64,000 bases of DNA from a virus (taxonomy: Duplodnaviria > Caudoviricetes). Location: IMG/VR virus record IMGVR_UViG_3300021963_000022; one strand, given 5' to 3'. How positions within the stretch are numbered: the stretch's first letter is position 1; each line of letters starts with the position of its first letter. Made by a program: the position numbers and the translations under genes. The notes beneath the pieces are model-generated. The model saw nothing but the letters and a program-made list of their open reading frames with translations. It was not told where the DNA came from and did no database searches. This document shows positions 17,700-27,157 of the stretch, piece after piece.

Positions 17700-18773
17700 T
17701 TGGTAAAACCATTCGATGTTAGTAAATTTAGAAAAGATATAACAAAAAGTATTGAAGGATTAAGTATTGGATTCAACGACCCAACTGACTGGATTAGCAC
17801 AGGAAATTACGCACTTAACTATCTTATTAGTGGTGATTTTAACAAAGGGGTTCCTTTGGGCAAGGTTACTGTATTTGCTGGTGAAAGCGGTGCAGGCAAG
17901 TCCTTTATTTGCTCCGGGAACCTTATACGACACGCACAACAACAAGGAATCTTTGTTGTTCTCATTGATTCGGAGAATGCGTTAGACGAAGCATGGTTAC
18001 ACGCATTAGAGGTATCTACTGCTGAAGATAAGTTATTAAAACTCAACATGGCAATGATTGATGATGTGGGTAAGACTATTTCAACATTCGTTAAAGACTA
18101 TAAAAATTTATCAGAGGCTGATAGACCAAAAGTCTTGTTTGTACTTGATTCATTGGGAATGTTGTTGACCCCCACAGACGTAAATCAGTTTGAAGCAGGT
18201 GATATGAAAGGTGACATGGGTCGTAAGCCTAAAGCACTAACAGCACTTGTTCGTAACTGTGTTAATATGTTTGGTTCATTGAACATTGGCTTAGTTGCTA
18301 CTAATCACACATATGCTAGTCAAGATATGTTTGATCCAGATGATAAAATCTCAGGTGGTCAAGGTTTTGTTTACGCATCAAGTATCGTTGTTGCTATGAA
18401 GAAACTTAAACTTAAAGAAGATGAAGATGGTAATAAGATTAGTGATGTGCGAGGTATTCGTGCGGCATGTAAGATTATGAAAACTCGCTATGCGAAACCA
18501 TTTGAATCAGTGCAAGTTAAGATTCCATATGAAACAGGTATGAGCCCTTACTCAGGCTTATTAGATATGATTGAGAAGGCTGAACTTGTTAAGAAAGAAG
18601 GTAACAGTCTTGTGTATACGACACTTGATGGTGAAATCATTAAGAAGTTTCGTAAAGCATGGGAAGCAAATACTGATGGTTGCTTAGATAAAGTAATGAA
18701 TGAGTATAGTCAAAAATCAACGTCAACGTCAAAGATAAGTAATGTACAACCTGAGGAGGAGGGTACAGAATGA
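17700..18773 (+). CDS. uvsX: RecA/UvsX recombinase (TTG start)
   Basis: Walker A GESGAGKS, IDSENAL, VLDSLGML, ATNHTY and KISGGQG. Confidence 0.93.
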   Translation: MVKPFDVSKFRKDITKSIEGLSIGFNDPTDWISTGNYALNYLISGDFNKGVPLGKVTVFAGESGAGKSFICSGNLIRHAQQQGIFVVLIDSENALDEAWLHALEVSTAEDKLLKLNMAMIDDVGKTISTFVKDYKNLSEADRPKVLFVLDSLGMLLTPTDVNQFEAGDMKGDMGRKPKALTALVRNCVNMFGSLNIGLVATNHTYASQDMFDPDDKISGGQGFVYASSIVVAMKKLKLKEDEDGNKISDVRGIRAACKIMKTRYAKPFESVQVKIPYETGMSPYSGLLDMIEKAELVKKEGNSLVYTTLDGEIIKKFRKAWEANTDGCLDKVMNEYSQKSTSTSKISNVQPEEEGTE

Positions 18774-19021
18774 GTTTAGATTTTGTTGCTGAAGTTTGGG
18801 ATGCACTACGTTCACATATTGATTTTAATGAACGTAGTGATGCCGCAGACACATTAATCAATTTATTGATTGATAACAACTACGAAGCTGACGATATCAA
18901 AAGTGCGTTCAGAGGTGACAAGGAGATGCTAGGTGCATTGAAAGGTTACGCTGAACAACATGATATTGAGGAAGACTACGAAGAATTTGAAGAAGATGAA
19001 GACCAAGACGAAGATTGGTAA
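18770..19021 (+). CDS. small acidic hypothetical protein
   Basis: 83 aa with a D/E-rich C-terminus; lies between uvsX and uvsY. Confidence 0.7.
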   Translation: MSLDFVAEVWDALRSHIDFNERSDAADTLINLLIDNNYEADDIKSAFRGDKEMLGALKGYAEQHDIEEDYEEFEEDEDQDEDW

Positions 19022-19024
19022 TCA

Positions 19025-19483
19025 ATGAATTGGTACACCAGAGTAAGCGCAAGTATATCAGTAATTCCTGATTTTATCTCGCATTATGAAAACGAGTTAT
19101 TATCTGCAAAGCAAGATGTTAAAATCTATGGTAACGTAGAAAAGAACATTGCGGCATTGCCCGGAGTTACTGAACATCGATTCAACCAGCTTCAAGAAAT
19201 TGAAGCTGTGTTGGGTTATCTAAATTTACAATTACGAAAAATCCGACGTAAACACTTTCAAAAATATTTGGAAGCATATAATCGTGCATTAACAAGTCGT
19301 GATGCTGAAAAATATGTTGACGGCGAAGATGAAGTCATTGACTATGAAACCATTATCAACGAAGTTGCATTACTACGTAATCGTTGGTTAGGTGTGCTTA
19401 AAGGCATTGAAGCAAAACAATGGCAACTAGGTCACATTGTACGATTGCGTACAGCTGGAATGGAAGATATTACAATCGGGTAA
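19025..19483 (+). CDS. uvsY: UvsY-like recombination mediator
   Basis: Helical protein with ALTSRDAEKYVDGEDE and LKGIEAKQWQL; syntenic with uvsX. Confidence 0.7.
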   Translation: MNWYTRVSASISVIPDFISHYENELLSAKQDVKIYGNVEKNIAALPGVTEHRFNQLQEIEAVLGYLNLQLRKIRRKHFQKYLEAYNRALTSRDAEKYVDGEDEVIDYETIINEVALLRNRWLGVLKGIEAKQWQLGHIVRLRTAGMEDITIG

Positions 19484-19490
19484 GATGTGA

Positions 19491-19519
19491 TTGTAGTTTA
19501 ATCAACACCGTGATATAAT
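19491..19519 (+). promoter_or_regulatory. sigma70-type promoter
   Basis: TTGTAG, 17 nt, TG-n-TATAAT; SD TAGGA before 19546. Confidence 0.6.
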
Positions 19520-19545
19520 ATATCATAAACATAGGAATAAATTAA

Positions 19546-20385
19546 ATGTCTACAACATCTTGTCCTTCAATAACAGGGTACGGTGCATCAGGTATATCTG
19601 CAGGTACAAATTCTCTAGGTAACATTAACTTGAGTAGTTTAAACAGCACTATCAATTTGTCATCCGCTCAAATTTCTGGCATACAAGCAGATGATTTATT
19701 TACCTTTGATTATAGAATTAATCCTAATGTAAAAAAATATGAAATTTACGAATTTACAGAAGATGTACTAGCATTGAGTGTAACTTGGAATAGAATGCGG
19801 GCAAATAGTGTTAGTACTGTAACTAAACTTACTGATAATGAATTGTTTAGAAACATAACCGCAGACGACAGAACATTAGCAGATACTATTGCTAACTACT
19901 ACAGCAAAAAAATTATGATGATGAAACTAGTAAACACCAGGTTTACTAGTTATAGAACAGACCTTAATGAGTTTGTTCACGGTGATCGTAAAAAAATTGT
20001 AGATAAGATGTTTGGATTGGCTTATTACTTGCCATCATTCTATGACTATGATGTAAAACTTGATGCGGTTAAATCAGAACTTGTACTTAAACAAGAATGG
20101 TCTACAAATAATAAGATGAACGGTAAACAGCAGTCAATAGTTCTTACGCCATTAAGACGTTTACGTAGGAAAACTAAATCATTGGATGCATATCATTATT
20201 GGTTAAAAACTACAAACGGAACCGGAGTATTGATTGCGTTGCAACCTAACAACACTTTATTGAAGCTTTGGGAGCATTTTTTCAATAAAAATGAGCAAAT
20301 TGTAATCTCAGGAACAACTTTTTGTAAGACTTTAGACGGATTTGAATACTTGAGTATTAAAAATTGGGAAATAGTACACGGTTGA
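19546..20385 (+). CDS. hypothetical protein
   Basis: 279-aa ORF with a Ser-rich N-terminus; its stop overlaps the next -35 box. Confidence 0.7.
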   Translation: MSTTSCPSITGYGASGISAGTNSLGNINLSSLNSTINLSSAQISGIQADDLFTFDYRINPNVKKYEIYEFTEDVLALSVTWNRMRANSVSTVTKLTDNELFRNITADDRTLADTIANYYSKKIMMMKLVNTRFTSYRTDLNEFVHGDRKKIVDKMFGLAYYLPSFYDYDVKLDAVKSELVLKQEWSTNNKMNGKQQSIVLTPLRRLRRKTKSLDAYHYWLKTTNGTGVLIALQPNNTLLKLWEHFFNKNEQIVISGTTFCKTLDGFEYLSIKNWEIVHG

Positions 20386-20420
20386 CAATAAATGGGTCCC
20401 GTGATACAATACTTGTATTG
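20382..20420 (+). promoter_or_regulatory. promoter cassette copy 1
   Basis: TTGACAATAAATGGGTCCCGTGATACAATACTTGTATTG (TTGACA, 17 nt, TACAAT). Confidence 0.85.
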
Positions 20421-20442
20421 AAACTGATAAAGAGGACTACAA

Positions 20443-20820
20443 ATGACTACAGAATTCAAATCTTGGGAAGAGTTGACTCAGTTGGAACAAGCCCAATCTA
20501 TATATTGGGATATGTATAAGGACGCTTATGGTGTTCGTCCTCGTGGTGTTGATACTTCGGGTTGGACTCTGGCAGATTTTGATGCAGAATTTGAAGGACT
20601 CCGTGTGGCTATTGAAGCCGAAGACAAGGCCCGTAAAGAGGCAGAGTCTACTGCAACTGTTGTTTTTGAGCAACGGATTCAATCATTGATTGATGCTGGT
20701 GCTAATGACCGTGCTACTGCCATGCGCTGGATCCACGAAGCTGAGGACACTCAGGGTGATGATGAGTACTTGTGCTATACATTGGGCTTGCCCTATCAGT
20801 ATTTTCGTAAGGTAGCATAA
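20443..20820 (+). CDS. phage hypothetical protein (YKDAYGVRPR motif)
   Basis: SD AGAGGA, own promoter, helical 125 aa. Confidence 0.75.
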   Translation: MTTEFKSWEELTQLEQAQSIYWDMYKDAYGVRPRGVDTSGWTLADFDAEFEGLRVAIEAEDKARKEAESTATVVFEQRIQSLIDAGANDRATAMRWIHEAEDTQGDDEYLCYTLGLPYQYFRKVA

Positions 20821-20821
20821 T

Positions 20822-20860
20822 TTGACAATAAATGGGCATTGTGCTACAATACTTGTATAG
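20822..20860 (+). promoter_or_regulatory. promoter cassette copy 2
   Basis: TTGACAATAAATGGGCATTGTGCTACAATACTTGTATAG (TTGACA, 17 nt, TACAAT). Confidence 0.85.
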
Positions 20861-20879
20861 ATTGATTAAAGGAGCTTAT

Positions 20880-21227
20880 ATGTCTTATTTCAACGTTGAT
20901 GAAGATTCACGCACTAGCACAACTGCTTGGTACGCCCGGCAAGATTGTGAACAGTACAATAGTGATCACAAGCATTTATATACTAAAGATCAAATTTTAT
21001 CAGGTGAATTATTGAAAAAAGCGGCTGAAACTGCATACTTTCGTAGTCGTGTGTTTTTGAATTTCCGTGAAAAATTTATGACTGTCAAAGTTGAGGCACC
21101 GCAACTTGCTGATAAAATTAGTAATGAAGTAGAACAGTTACTAATTCATGCAGGAAAGACTGGTGTATATGTTAAACACGGTAAAGCTAGTATAATTTTT
21201 GAATTCGCACATCGTAAAATTTGCTAA
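20880..21227 (+). CDS. hypothetical protein (start refined to ATG 20880)
   Basis: SD AAGGAG before ATG 20880; the longer track ORF runs through the promoter. Confidence 0.7.
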   Translation: MSYFNVDEDSRTSTTAWYARQDCEQYNSDHKHLYTKDQILSGELLKKAAETAYFRSRVFLNFREKFMTVKVEAPQLADKISNEVEQLLIHAGKTGVYVKHGKASIIFEFAHRKIC

Positions 21228-21259
21228 TAAATGGCATTCGTGCTATAATACTTGTATTG
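21221..21259 (+). promoter_or_regulatory. promoter cassette copy 3
   Basis: TTGCTAATAAATGGCATTCGTGCTATAATACTTGTATTG (TTGCTA, 17 nt, TATAAT). Confidence 0.8.
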
Positions 21260-21283
21260 ATTGATTAACACACAGGAGAAGCT

Positions 21284-22312
21284 ATGTCTACAGTTCGCAT
21301 TTTGTCAGGTTCTTATCGCAATGAAGCAGTTAAAGGTGAAGTGTTTACACTTGTCAAGGGTTTTCAGACAAGTAAAAAAGGTAGTTATGTGACTGTTAAA
21401 AATGATGGTCAATTCCCGGGTCGTAGTGCTGAAATTAAAGTTTTAGTAGATACGATTGATAATATTGAATTTTTAAATGGAGATAAAGTTATGGCTAATG
21501 CTGTAGTAGAGTTTAAAAAAGAAGTTGTGAAAGAAACAGAACAAGAAGCAATGGACCGTATTGCTACTCGTTTTGAGGTCCTTGATGAAATGTCACGTGC
21601 ATGTATCAATGGTGATATTCGTGCTATGATTGTTTCAGGCCCGCCCGGTGTCGGCAAATCTCATGGCGTTGAGACACAAATGGAGAAAGCAAGCATGTTT
21701 GACAAGCTTGCAGGCAAACGTGTGCGTTTTCAGATTGTTAAAGGTGCTATGACAGCATTGGGTTTGTATACTCAACTGTACAAGTATTCTGACACAAAGA
21801 ATGTGTTAATTTTTGATGATTGCGATTCAGTTTTTACTGATGACTTGAGTTTGAACATTCTAAAGGCCGCACTTGATTCAGGCAAGACACGTAGAATTTG
21901 CTGGAACTCTGACAGTCGGTTGTTGCGTGAAGAAGGTATCCCGAATACTTTCAACTTCAATGGTAGTGCTATCTTTATCACTAACTTGAAATTCGGCAAC
22001 TTGAAGTCTAAGAAATTGCAGGATCACTTAGAGGCATTGCAGTCACGTTGTCACTTTCTTGACTTGACTATTGATGGTGATCGTGACAAGATGTTGCGTA
22101 TCAAGCAAGTACATCGTGACGCTGATGGTGGTTTGTTCAAAGATTATGATTTTACTGAAGAACAATCACAAACCGTGATTAGCTTTATGTGGGACAATCA
22201 CACTAAATTGCGTGAAGTGTCCTTGCGTATGTGTTTGAAGATTGCAGACTTAGTTAAGATTAGCCCCAACAACTGGCAGAATCTTGCTAAGACAACTTGT
22301 ATGAAAGCATAA
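21284..22312 (+). CDS. AAA+ family ATPase of unknown function
   Basis: Walker A GPPGVGKS, Walker B LIFDDCDS, IFITN and ALQSRC arginine-finger-like motif. Confidence 0.8.
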   Translation: MSTVRILSGSYRNEAVKGEVFTLVKGFQTSKKGSYVTVKNDGQFPGRSAEIKVLVDTIDNIEFLNGDKVMANAVVEFKKEVVKETEQEAMDRIATRFEVLDEMSRACINGDIRAMIVSGPPGVGKSHGVETQMEKASMFDKLAGKRVRFQIVKGAMTALGLYTQLYKYSDTKNVLIFDDCDSVFTDDLSLNILKAALDSGKTRRICWNSDSRLLREEGIPNTFNFNGSAIFITNLKFGNLKSKKLQDHLEALQSRCHFLDLTIDGDRDKMLRIKQVHRDADGGLFKDYDFTEEQSQTVISFMWDNHTKLREVSLRMCLKIADLVKISPNNWQNLAKTTCMKA

Positions 22313-22386
22313 CCCTGCAGTGTGCGTAACGGCAATGTCAATAAGTCCGTTTCGATAATTTTTTCATCTCCTTAAGTTAATTTTAT

Positions 22387-22410
22387 AGAGGACTTCGGTC
22401 CTCTTTTTTT
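22387..22410 (+). terminator. intrinsic terminator with UUCG loop
   Basis: AGAGGAC-TTCG-GTCCTCT followed by a T run. Confidence 0.9.
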
Positions 22411-22420
22411 GCCTATTCAC

Positions 22421-22449
22421 TTGCTTTCTACTATCATAAGTACTATAAT
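22421..22449 (+). promoter_or_regulatory. sigma70-type promoter (leaderless)
   Basis: TTGCTT, 17 nt, TATAAT; ATG 6 nt later with no SD. Confidence 0.65.
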
Positions 22450-22455
22450 ATTAAT

Positions 22456-23457
22456 ATGTCAAAAGTGAAACCTACTACAAAAGAACAACTGATACATTAT
22501 CTATTGCATAATGTTAGTTTAGGTTCCTATGACAATCGATTCTTATCTAACATTGAAATTAATTTCATAGGTGCCGGCAAACCTGTAACTACTAATCAAG
22601 CAGAGTTATTGAATAAGATAACAATTAGATATGCTAGACAATTAGCCAAACAAGAACTAGATGCTAATATGTTAGTAAACCTTTCATGGAAAAAGGAACC
22701 TATTAATAGTTCACCTGAATATACTACAGCATATGCACAATTAGATAATGGTAAGATAGTCATACGTACTCCCTATAAAACAAACTTTATCAAAGAACTT
22801 AGAAACATTAATACCAGTGATTGGGATAAAGATAAACGAGAGTGGACTGTAAACTATAATGAACCCAATTTGAAAAAAATAGTAACACTCATTGCAGATA
22901 ACTATAAGCTAATTAATTTCTGTGATGACATTAAACACATGTTAATTGTGGCTGAACAGTTTGAACATATTAAAGTATGGAATCCTACATTATGTGAAGT
23001 GTCCGGTAATTTGTTAATTGCTGGTATAAACGAATACTTACATGAATCAATTATAGACATTCCATTAGAAAAGACGCCTTTATGCTTTTCTAAGTTAGCT
23101 ACGTATGGTGTAGAAATAGATAAATCATTATACATAGATGATGTATTAAAGTTTGCCGCTAATACACGTCCCGAAATAGAAAAATCTCAATTAACAGACC
23201 TAGTAGAACTACTACCATTGATTGGTTGTGAAGCTGTAGTGTTATCCGTAACACATAGTTTTTCTAGCTTATTGATGGATTTGGTTATAGGATTAAAAGA
23301 AAAGAATATAGAGATAGTTACAAAAAGTAATGTGAGTAATAACACATTAAAAAACTATGTAGTAATCTGCCCAGCACATACCATCAATACTGCAATAGAA
23401 ATAAGTGCAGACAAAGTGATACAAGTTGTAAATAGTACCCCGGTAACAATAAAATGA
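22456..23457 (+). CDS. hypothetical protein with possible HARP-like domain
   Basis: IVIRTPYKTNFIKELR..WDKDKREWTV pattern; ATGA-type overlap with uvsW. Confidence 0.65.
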   Translation: MSKVKPTTKEQLIHYLLHNVSLGSYDNRFLSNIEINFIGAGKPVTTNQAELLNKITIRYARQLAKQELDANMLVNLSWKKEPINSSPEYTTAYAQLDNGKIVIRTPYKTNFIKELRNINTSDWDKDKREWTVNYNEPNLKKIVTLIADNYKLINFCDDIKHMLIVAEQFEHIKVWNPTLCEVSGNLLIAGINEYLHESIIDIPLEKTPLCFSKLATYGVEIDKSLYIDDVLKFAANTRPEIEKSQLTDLVELLPLIGCEAVVLSVTHSFSSLLMDLVIGLKEKNIEIVTKSNVSNNTLKNYVVICPAHTINTAIEISADKVIQVVNSTPVTIK

Positions 23458-24911
23458 AACAATGTAAAATAATTGTCAAAGACGAAGTTAATGTAAAAAT
23501 AGAAGGACTTGATTTATCGGAACGAAAAACTCTGATGAAGATGTTTGAATATGAAATACCCGGAGCAAGGTATCTACCTGCAGTCAGACTAGGTAGATGG
23601 AATGGTAAGGTTAGTTACTTCAGTTTAGCCGGAAGTACATACATTAACCTGTTACCAGAAATATTACCAGTACTGGATCGTATTGGATATGATATTGACT
23701 TAGAAGACCTAAGAGACTATACTACAACCTTTACTTTTGACAAAGTTTCAGAGGATACATTCAAACATAAGAACTGGCCTAAAGGTCATCCACAAGAAGG
23801 TAAGCCAGTAGTACTACGTGACTATCAAATTGAAATTGTTAATAACTTCCTAGAGAACCCACAGTCATTGCAAGAGATTGCTACAGGTGCAGGTAAGACA
23901 TTGATGACTGCCGCACTAAGCTATAGTATTGAGAAGTATGGACGTAGTATTGTTATCGTTCCAAACAAATCATTAGTAACACAGACAGAGGCAGACTACA
24001 TTAATCTAGGATTAGATGTTGGTGTATACTTTGGTGATCGTAAAGAATACAACAAGACACATACCATATGCACTTGGCAGAGTTTAAATAACATGCTTAA
24101 GAAAACAAAGAGTGGTGAAGCTGAAGTAGAGATCGGTGACTTCATTGAAGATGTAGTTTGTGTTATGGTCGATGAAGTTCACATGGCTAAAGCTGACGCA
24201 CTCAAAACATTACTTACAAGTGTATTTGCTAAAGTGCCCATTCGTTGGGGCTTAACAGGAACTATCCCTAAAGCTAAGTTTGAAGCACAAAGTATCTTTG
24301 TTAGTTTGGGCAATGTGATTGGTAAACTATCAGCAAGTGAATTGCAAGATCAGGGTGTATTAGCACGTTGTCACGTTAATATTATGCAATTACAAGATGG
24401 GAAAGAGTTTACTAACTATCAGAGTGAATTGAAACACTTACTAGAAGATAGTGAACGATTAGATAAGATTGCTAGTTTAATCAGTGGTATCAATAATACA
24501 GGCAATACATTGATCCTTGTTGATAGGGTTAATGCAGGAAAAGAGATTGTTAATAGATTACCCGGTAGTGTATTTGTTAGCGGTGCTACCAATATGAATG
24601 AAAGGAAAGAAGAATATGACGAAGTTGCAACCTCAAGTAATAAAATTATTGTGGCAACATATGGTGTGGCTGCTGTTGGTATCAACATACCTAGGATTTT
24701 TAATCTGGTTCTCATTGAACCTGGAAAATCATTCGTCCGTGTTATCCAAAGCATCGGTCGAGGAATTCGTAAAGCAGAAGATAAAGACCATGTACAAATC
24801 TACGACATAACCAGTAGTTGTAAGTTTGCTAAACGGCACTTGACCCAACGTAAGACTTTTTATAAAGAAGCTAATTACCCTTTCGACTTAGAAAAGTTGA
24901 CATACAGATAA
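23454..24911 (+). CDS. uvsW: SF2 DNA helicase (UvsW-like)
   Basis: LRDYQ, ATGAGKT, DEVH, GLTGT, GINIP and IQSIGRGIR motifs. Confidence 0.9.
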   Translation: MKQCKIIVKDEVNVKIEGLDLSERKTLMKMFEYEIPGARYLPAVRLGRWNGKVSYFSLAGSTYINLLPEILPVLDRIGYDIDLEDLRDYTTTFTFDKVSEDTFKHKNWPKGHPQEGKPVVLRDYQIEIVNNFLENPQSLQEIATGAGKTLMTAALSYSIEKYGRSIVIVPNKSLVTQTEADYINLGLDVGVYFGDRKEYNKTHTICTWQSLNNMLKKTKSGEAEVEIGDFIEDVVCVMVDEVHMAKADALKTLLTSVFAKVPIRWGLTGTIPKAKFEAQSIFVSLGNVIGKLSASELQDQGVLARCHVNIMQLQDGKEFTNYQSELKHLLEDSERLDKIASLISGINNTGNTLILVDRVNAGKEIVNRLPGSVFVSGATNMNERKEEYDEVATSSNKIIVATYGVAAVGINIPRIFNLVLIEPGKSFVRVIQSIGRGIRKAEDKDHVQIYDITSSCKFAKRHLTQRKTFYKEANYPFDLEKLTYR

Positions 24912-24925
24912 GATTGTGATAGAAT
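24897..24925 (+). promoter_or_regulatory. sigma70-type promoter inside the uvsW 3' end (leaderless)
   Basis: TTGACA, 17 nt, TG-n-TAGAAT; ATG 24932 is 6 nt after the -10 box. Confidence 0.75.
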
Positions 24926-24931
24926 AACAAC

Positions 24932-25432
24932 ATGAGAATTTTAACATTAGAAGACCGTTTTTATAACTTAGAAACATTACCCGAAGAAGTAGACGATTTG
25001 CGTTTTGCTATACTAGACAATAGTAATCCACAAAACGTTGACTATCATTACATACCATTAATATTCTTAGAATCATTTAATAGTCCTGCATTAGTATTAC
25101 GAATTGGTGATAAACAAATTAAGATGCCGGTAGATTGGCAAATACTTATCGGTGAACCTGACATGGGTGACTTAGAAACATTACCTTTAACTAGTATCAA
25201 TGACAGAGGATTCAAAGCATTTGAATTCAACCCATTGAGTGCATTCAGACCTAGCTTTCAGGATATTGACATTGTAGATATTTACCAAGATGTAACATGG
25301 TATGCACCTCGATTAAAGAACGGACAATTCTTATGTGTGCCTATTGATGATGGCCCAAAACCACGATGTGTATTTTTTGTAAAAGAAATTAGTCGAAACT
25401 GTGAAATAGTAGACTATTCAATGGCTTTCTGA
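24932..25432 (+). CDS. hypothetical protein (beta-rich)
   Basis: 166-aa ORF with its own promoter. Confidence 0.75.
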   Translation: MRILTLEDRFYNLETLPEEVDDLRFAILDNSNPQNVDYHYIPLIFLESFNSPALVLRIGDKQIKMPVDWQILIGEPDMGDLETLPLTSINDRGFKAFEFNPLSAFRPSFQDIDIVDIYQDVTWYAPRLKNGQFLCVPIDDGPKPRCVFFVKEISRNCEIVDYSMAF

Positions 25433-25489
25433 TGATAGACTGGGAATTTGTTCAAGTTAGTTCATTGGAGTCAAAGCGTAGAAGAAATA

Positions 25490-26080
25490 ATGGCAACTAA
25501 AAAGAGTACCCCTATTGATGAAAAATTTGTAGCACAAGACTTTGACTTGTTTGATGCACTTACAGCTATGGACAAGAAAGACTATGGTTATTATGATAGG
25601 CTAACAGAAGAACAACAAAAAAAGTTTGTTCCCTATATGATGACACATTGGATGAGTGCTATAAAAGCATCAGGTGAGTTGGGTGCATATTATGTAATGA
25701 GTACAGAGTGTGCGGCAAACAAACATCTGTTCAATGAATATGTACAGAGGCATCCTAAACTACAATGGATGATGTTATGTGCGGCCAGCCCTGGCATGGG
25801 TAAGCAATTCCATCAGTGGATACCTCACATGTCTGGCAAAGTTTCATCGTTAAAAGAACCAGCTAAAGCAAAAGACATTAAAGAATACTACAGTAAAGTA
25901 TACAAAGGTGCATCTAGTGATGATCTATCTGCCATCACAGAAGCATTTATAGATGACAACAAAAAAAAATGTTATCTAGCACAAATTTATCCTCATCTCA
26001 AACTATCTGACATAGAATTATTAAGCCAATTAATTACACATGCCGACATTGAAAAGTACGAAAGAAGCCGAGGAAACTAA
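25490..26080 (+). CDS. possible clamp-loader small subunit (T4 gp62-like); start refined to ATG 25490
   Basis: FVPYMM..WMS..HPKLQW..ASPGMGKQFHQWI loosely resembles gp62; replication-gene context. Confidence 0.45.
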   Translation: MATKKSTPIDEKFVAQDFDLFDALTAMDKKDYGYYDRLTEEQQKKFVPYMMTHWMSAIKASGELGAYYVMSTECAANKHLFNEYVQRHPKLQWMMLCAASPGMGKQFHQWIPHMSGKVSSLKEPAKAKDIKEYYSKVYKGASSDDLSAITEAFIDDNKKKCYLAQIYPHLKLSDIELLSQLITHADIEKYERSRGN

Positions 26081-26759
26081 ATCGGTTAAGCACAGTTGTG
26101 AGTTTTGTAGCAGGGAGTTTATAAAAGAACGGACTCTGCTTACTCATATATGTGAGACTAAACATCGTTGGTTAGAAAAAGACAAGCAAAGCAATCGTAT
26201 TGCATATCAGTCCTTTGTACAGTTCTATACCAAACACACCGCAACTAAAAAGACAAAGACTCAGCTAGAGTTTATTAAGAGTCCATACTATATTGCATTT
26301 GCAAAGTTTGGAACATATTGTGTAGATACAAATTGCATCAACATCAGCAGGTATGTTGATTGGTTATTGCGAGACCAAATCAAGCTTGATAATTGGGCAA
26401 CTGACACTAACTATACTAAATTTTTGCAAGAGTATGTTAGAGTTGAGGATGCGTATGATGCAATTACTCGTAGTGTTCAGTATACAATTGAATTAGCACA
26501 AGCAGAACATATACTACCTCATGATATTCTAAGATATGGTAACGTAAATAAGATTTGTTATGCAATTACAACTGGTAAGATTAGTCCTTGGATGTTGTAT
26601 CAGAGTGACAGTGGTGTACATTTCTTAGACACATTAAATTCGGATCATGTTAAAATGATTATTGATTATATTAATCCAGAACAATGGACGTTAAAGTTTA
26701 GACGTGAGCCAGAACTTGTTACACAAATCAAGGAGTTATTGAATGCAGGCGGGTACTAG
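26040..26759 (+). CDS. hypothetical protein with N-terminal C2H2/C2HC-type zinc finger
   Basis: CEFCSREFIKERTLLTHIC. Confidence 0.7.
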   Translation: MPTLKSTKEAEETKSVKHSCEFCSREFIKERTLLTHICETKHRWLEKDKQSNRIAYQSFVQFYTKHTATKKTKTQLEFIKSPYYIAFAKFGTYCVDTNCINISRYVDWLLRDQIKLDNWATDTNYTKFLQEYVRVEDAYDAITRSVQYTIELAQAEHILPHDILRYGNVNKICYAITTGKISPWMLYQSDSGVHFLDTLNSDHVKMIIDYINPEQWTLKFRREPELVTQIKELLNAGGY

Positions 26760-26940
26760 GGTTCGCATTCCATGGCAAACAAATCATGACATTCCTACAT
26801 GGAATCAAAAATGTGCATGGGCGGTAGAGACATTTGGTTTGCCCGGAGATAAGTTTGATACACATGCAACAGAAGATTATATGGATTTTTACTTTAAGGA
26901 TGAGCGTGATGCTATTCATTTTGAGTTAAGATGGGGATAA
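26743..26940 (+). CDS. small F-x-L-x-W family protein 1
   Basis: SD AAGGAG; ends FYFKDERDAIHFELRWG. Confidence 0.75.
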   Translation: MQAGTRVRIPWQTNHDIPTWNQKCAWAVETFGLPGDKFDTHATEDYMDFYFKDERDAIHFELRWG

Positions 26941-26941
26941 T

Positions 26942-27157
26942 ATGGCTGATGTTATCCTATACATTACTGCTAAAAGAACTATGGAAATAGGCCATGAGTT
27001 ACGAAACATGGGTTGGATACAGGGTGTTGATTTTGATTATGCTTACTACCAAGAGAAGTATGACAACTTTAGCCATGACCCTATTGTAAAACGACATGCA
27101 AGATTTACCTTTTACAATGATAGCAATGCTAGTTATTTTGCATTGAGGTGGACATAG
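26942..27157 (+). CDS. small F-x-L-x-W family protein 2
   Basis: Ends FTFYNDSNASYFALRWT. Confidence 0.75.
   Translation: MADVILYITAKRTMEIGHELRNMGWIQGVDFDYAYYQEKYDNFSHDPIVKRHARFTFYNDSNASYFALRWT

Noticed and set aside
21284-22312. Firm call as gp44 clamp-loader large subunit
   Set aside because: AAA+ motifs are clear but the gp44-specific context is not; left as unknown ATPase.
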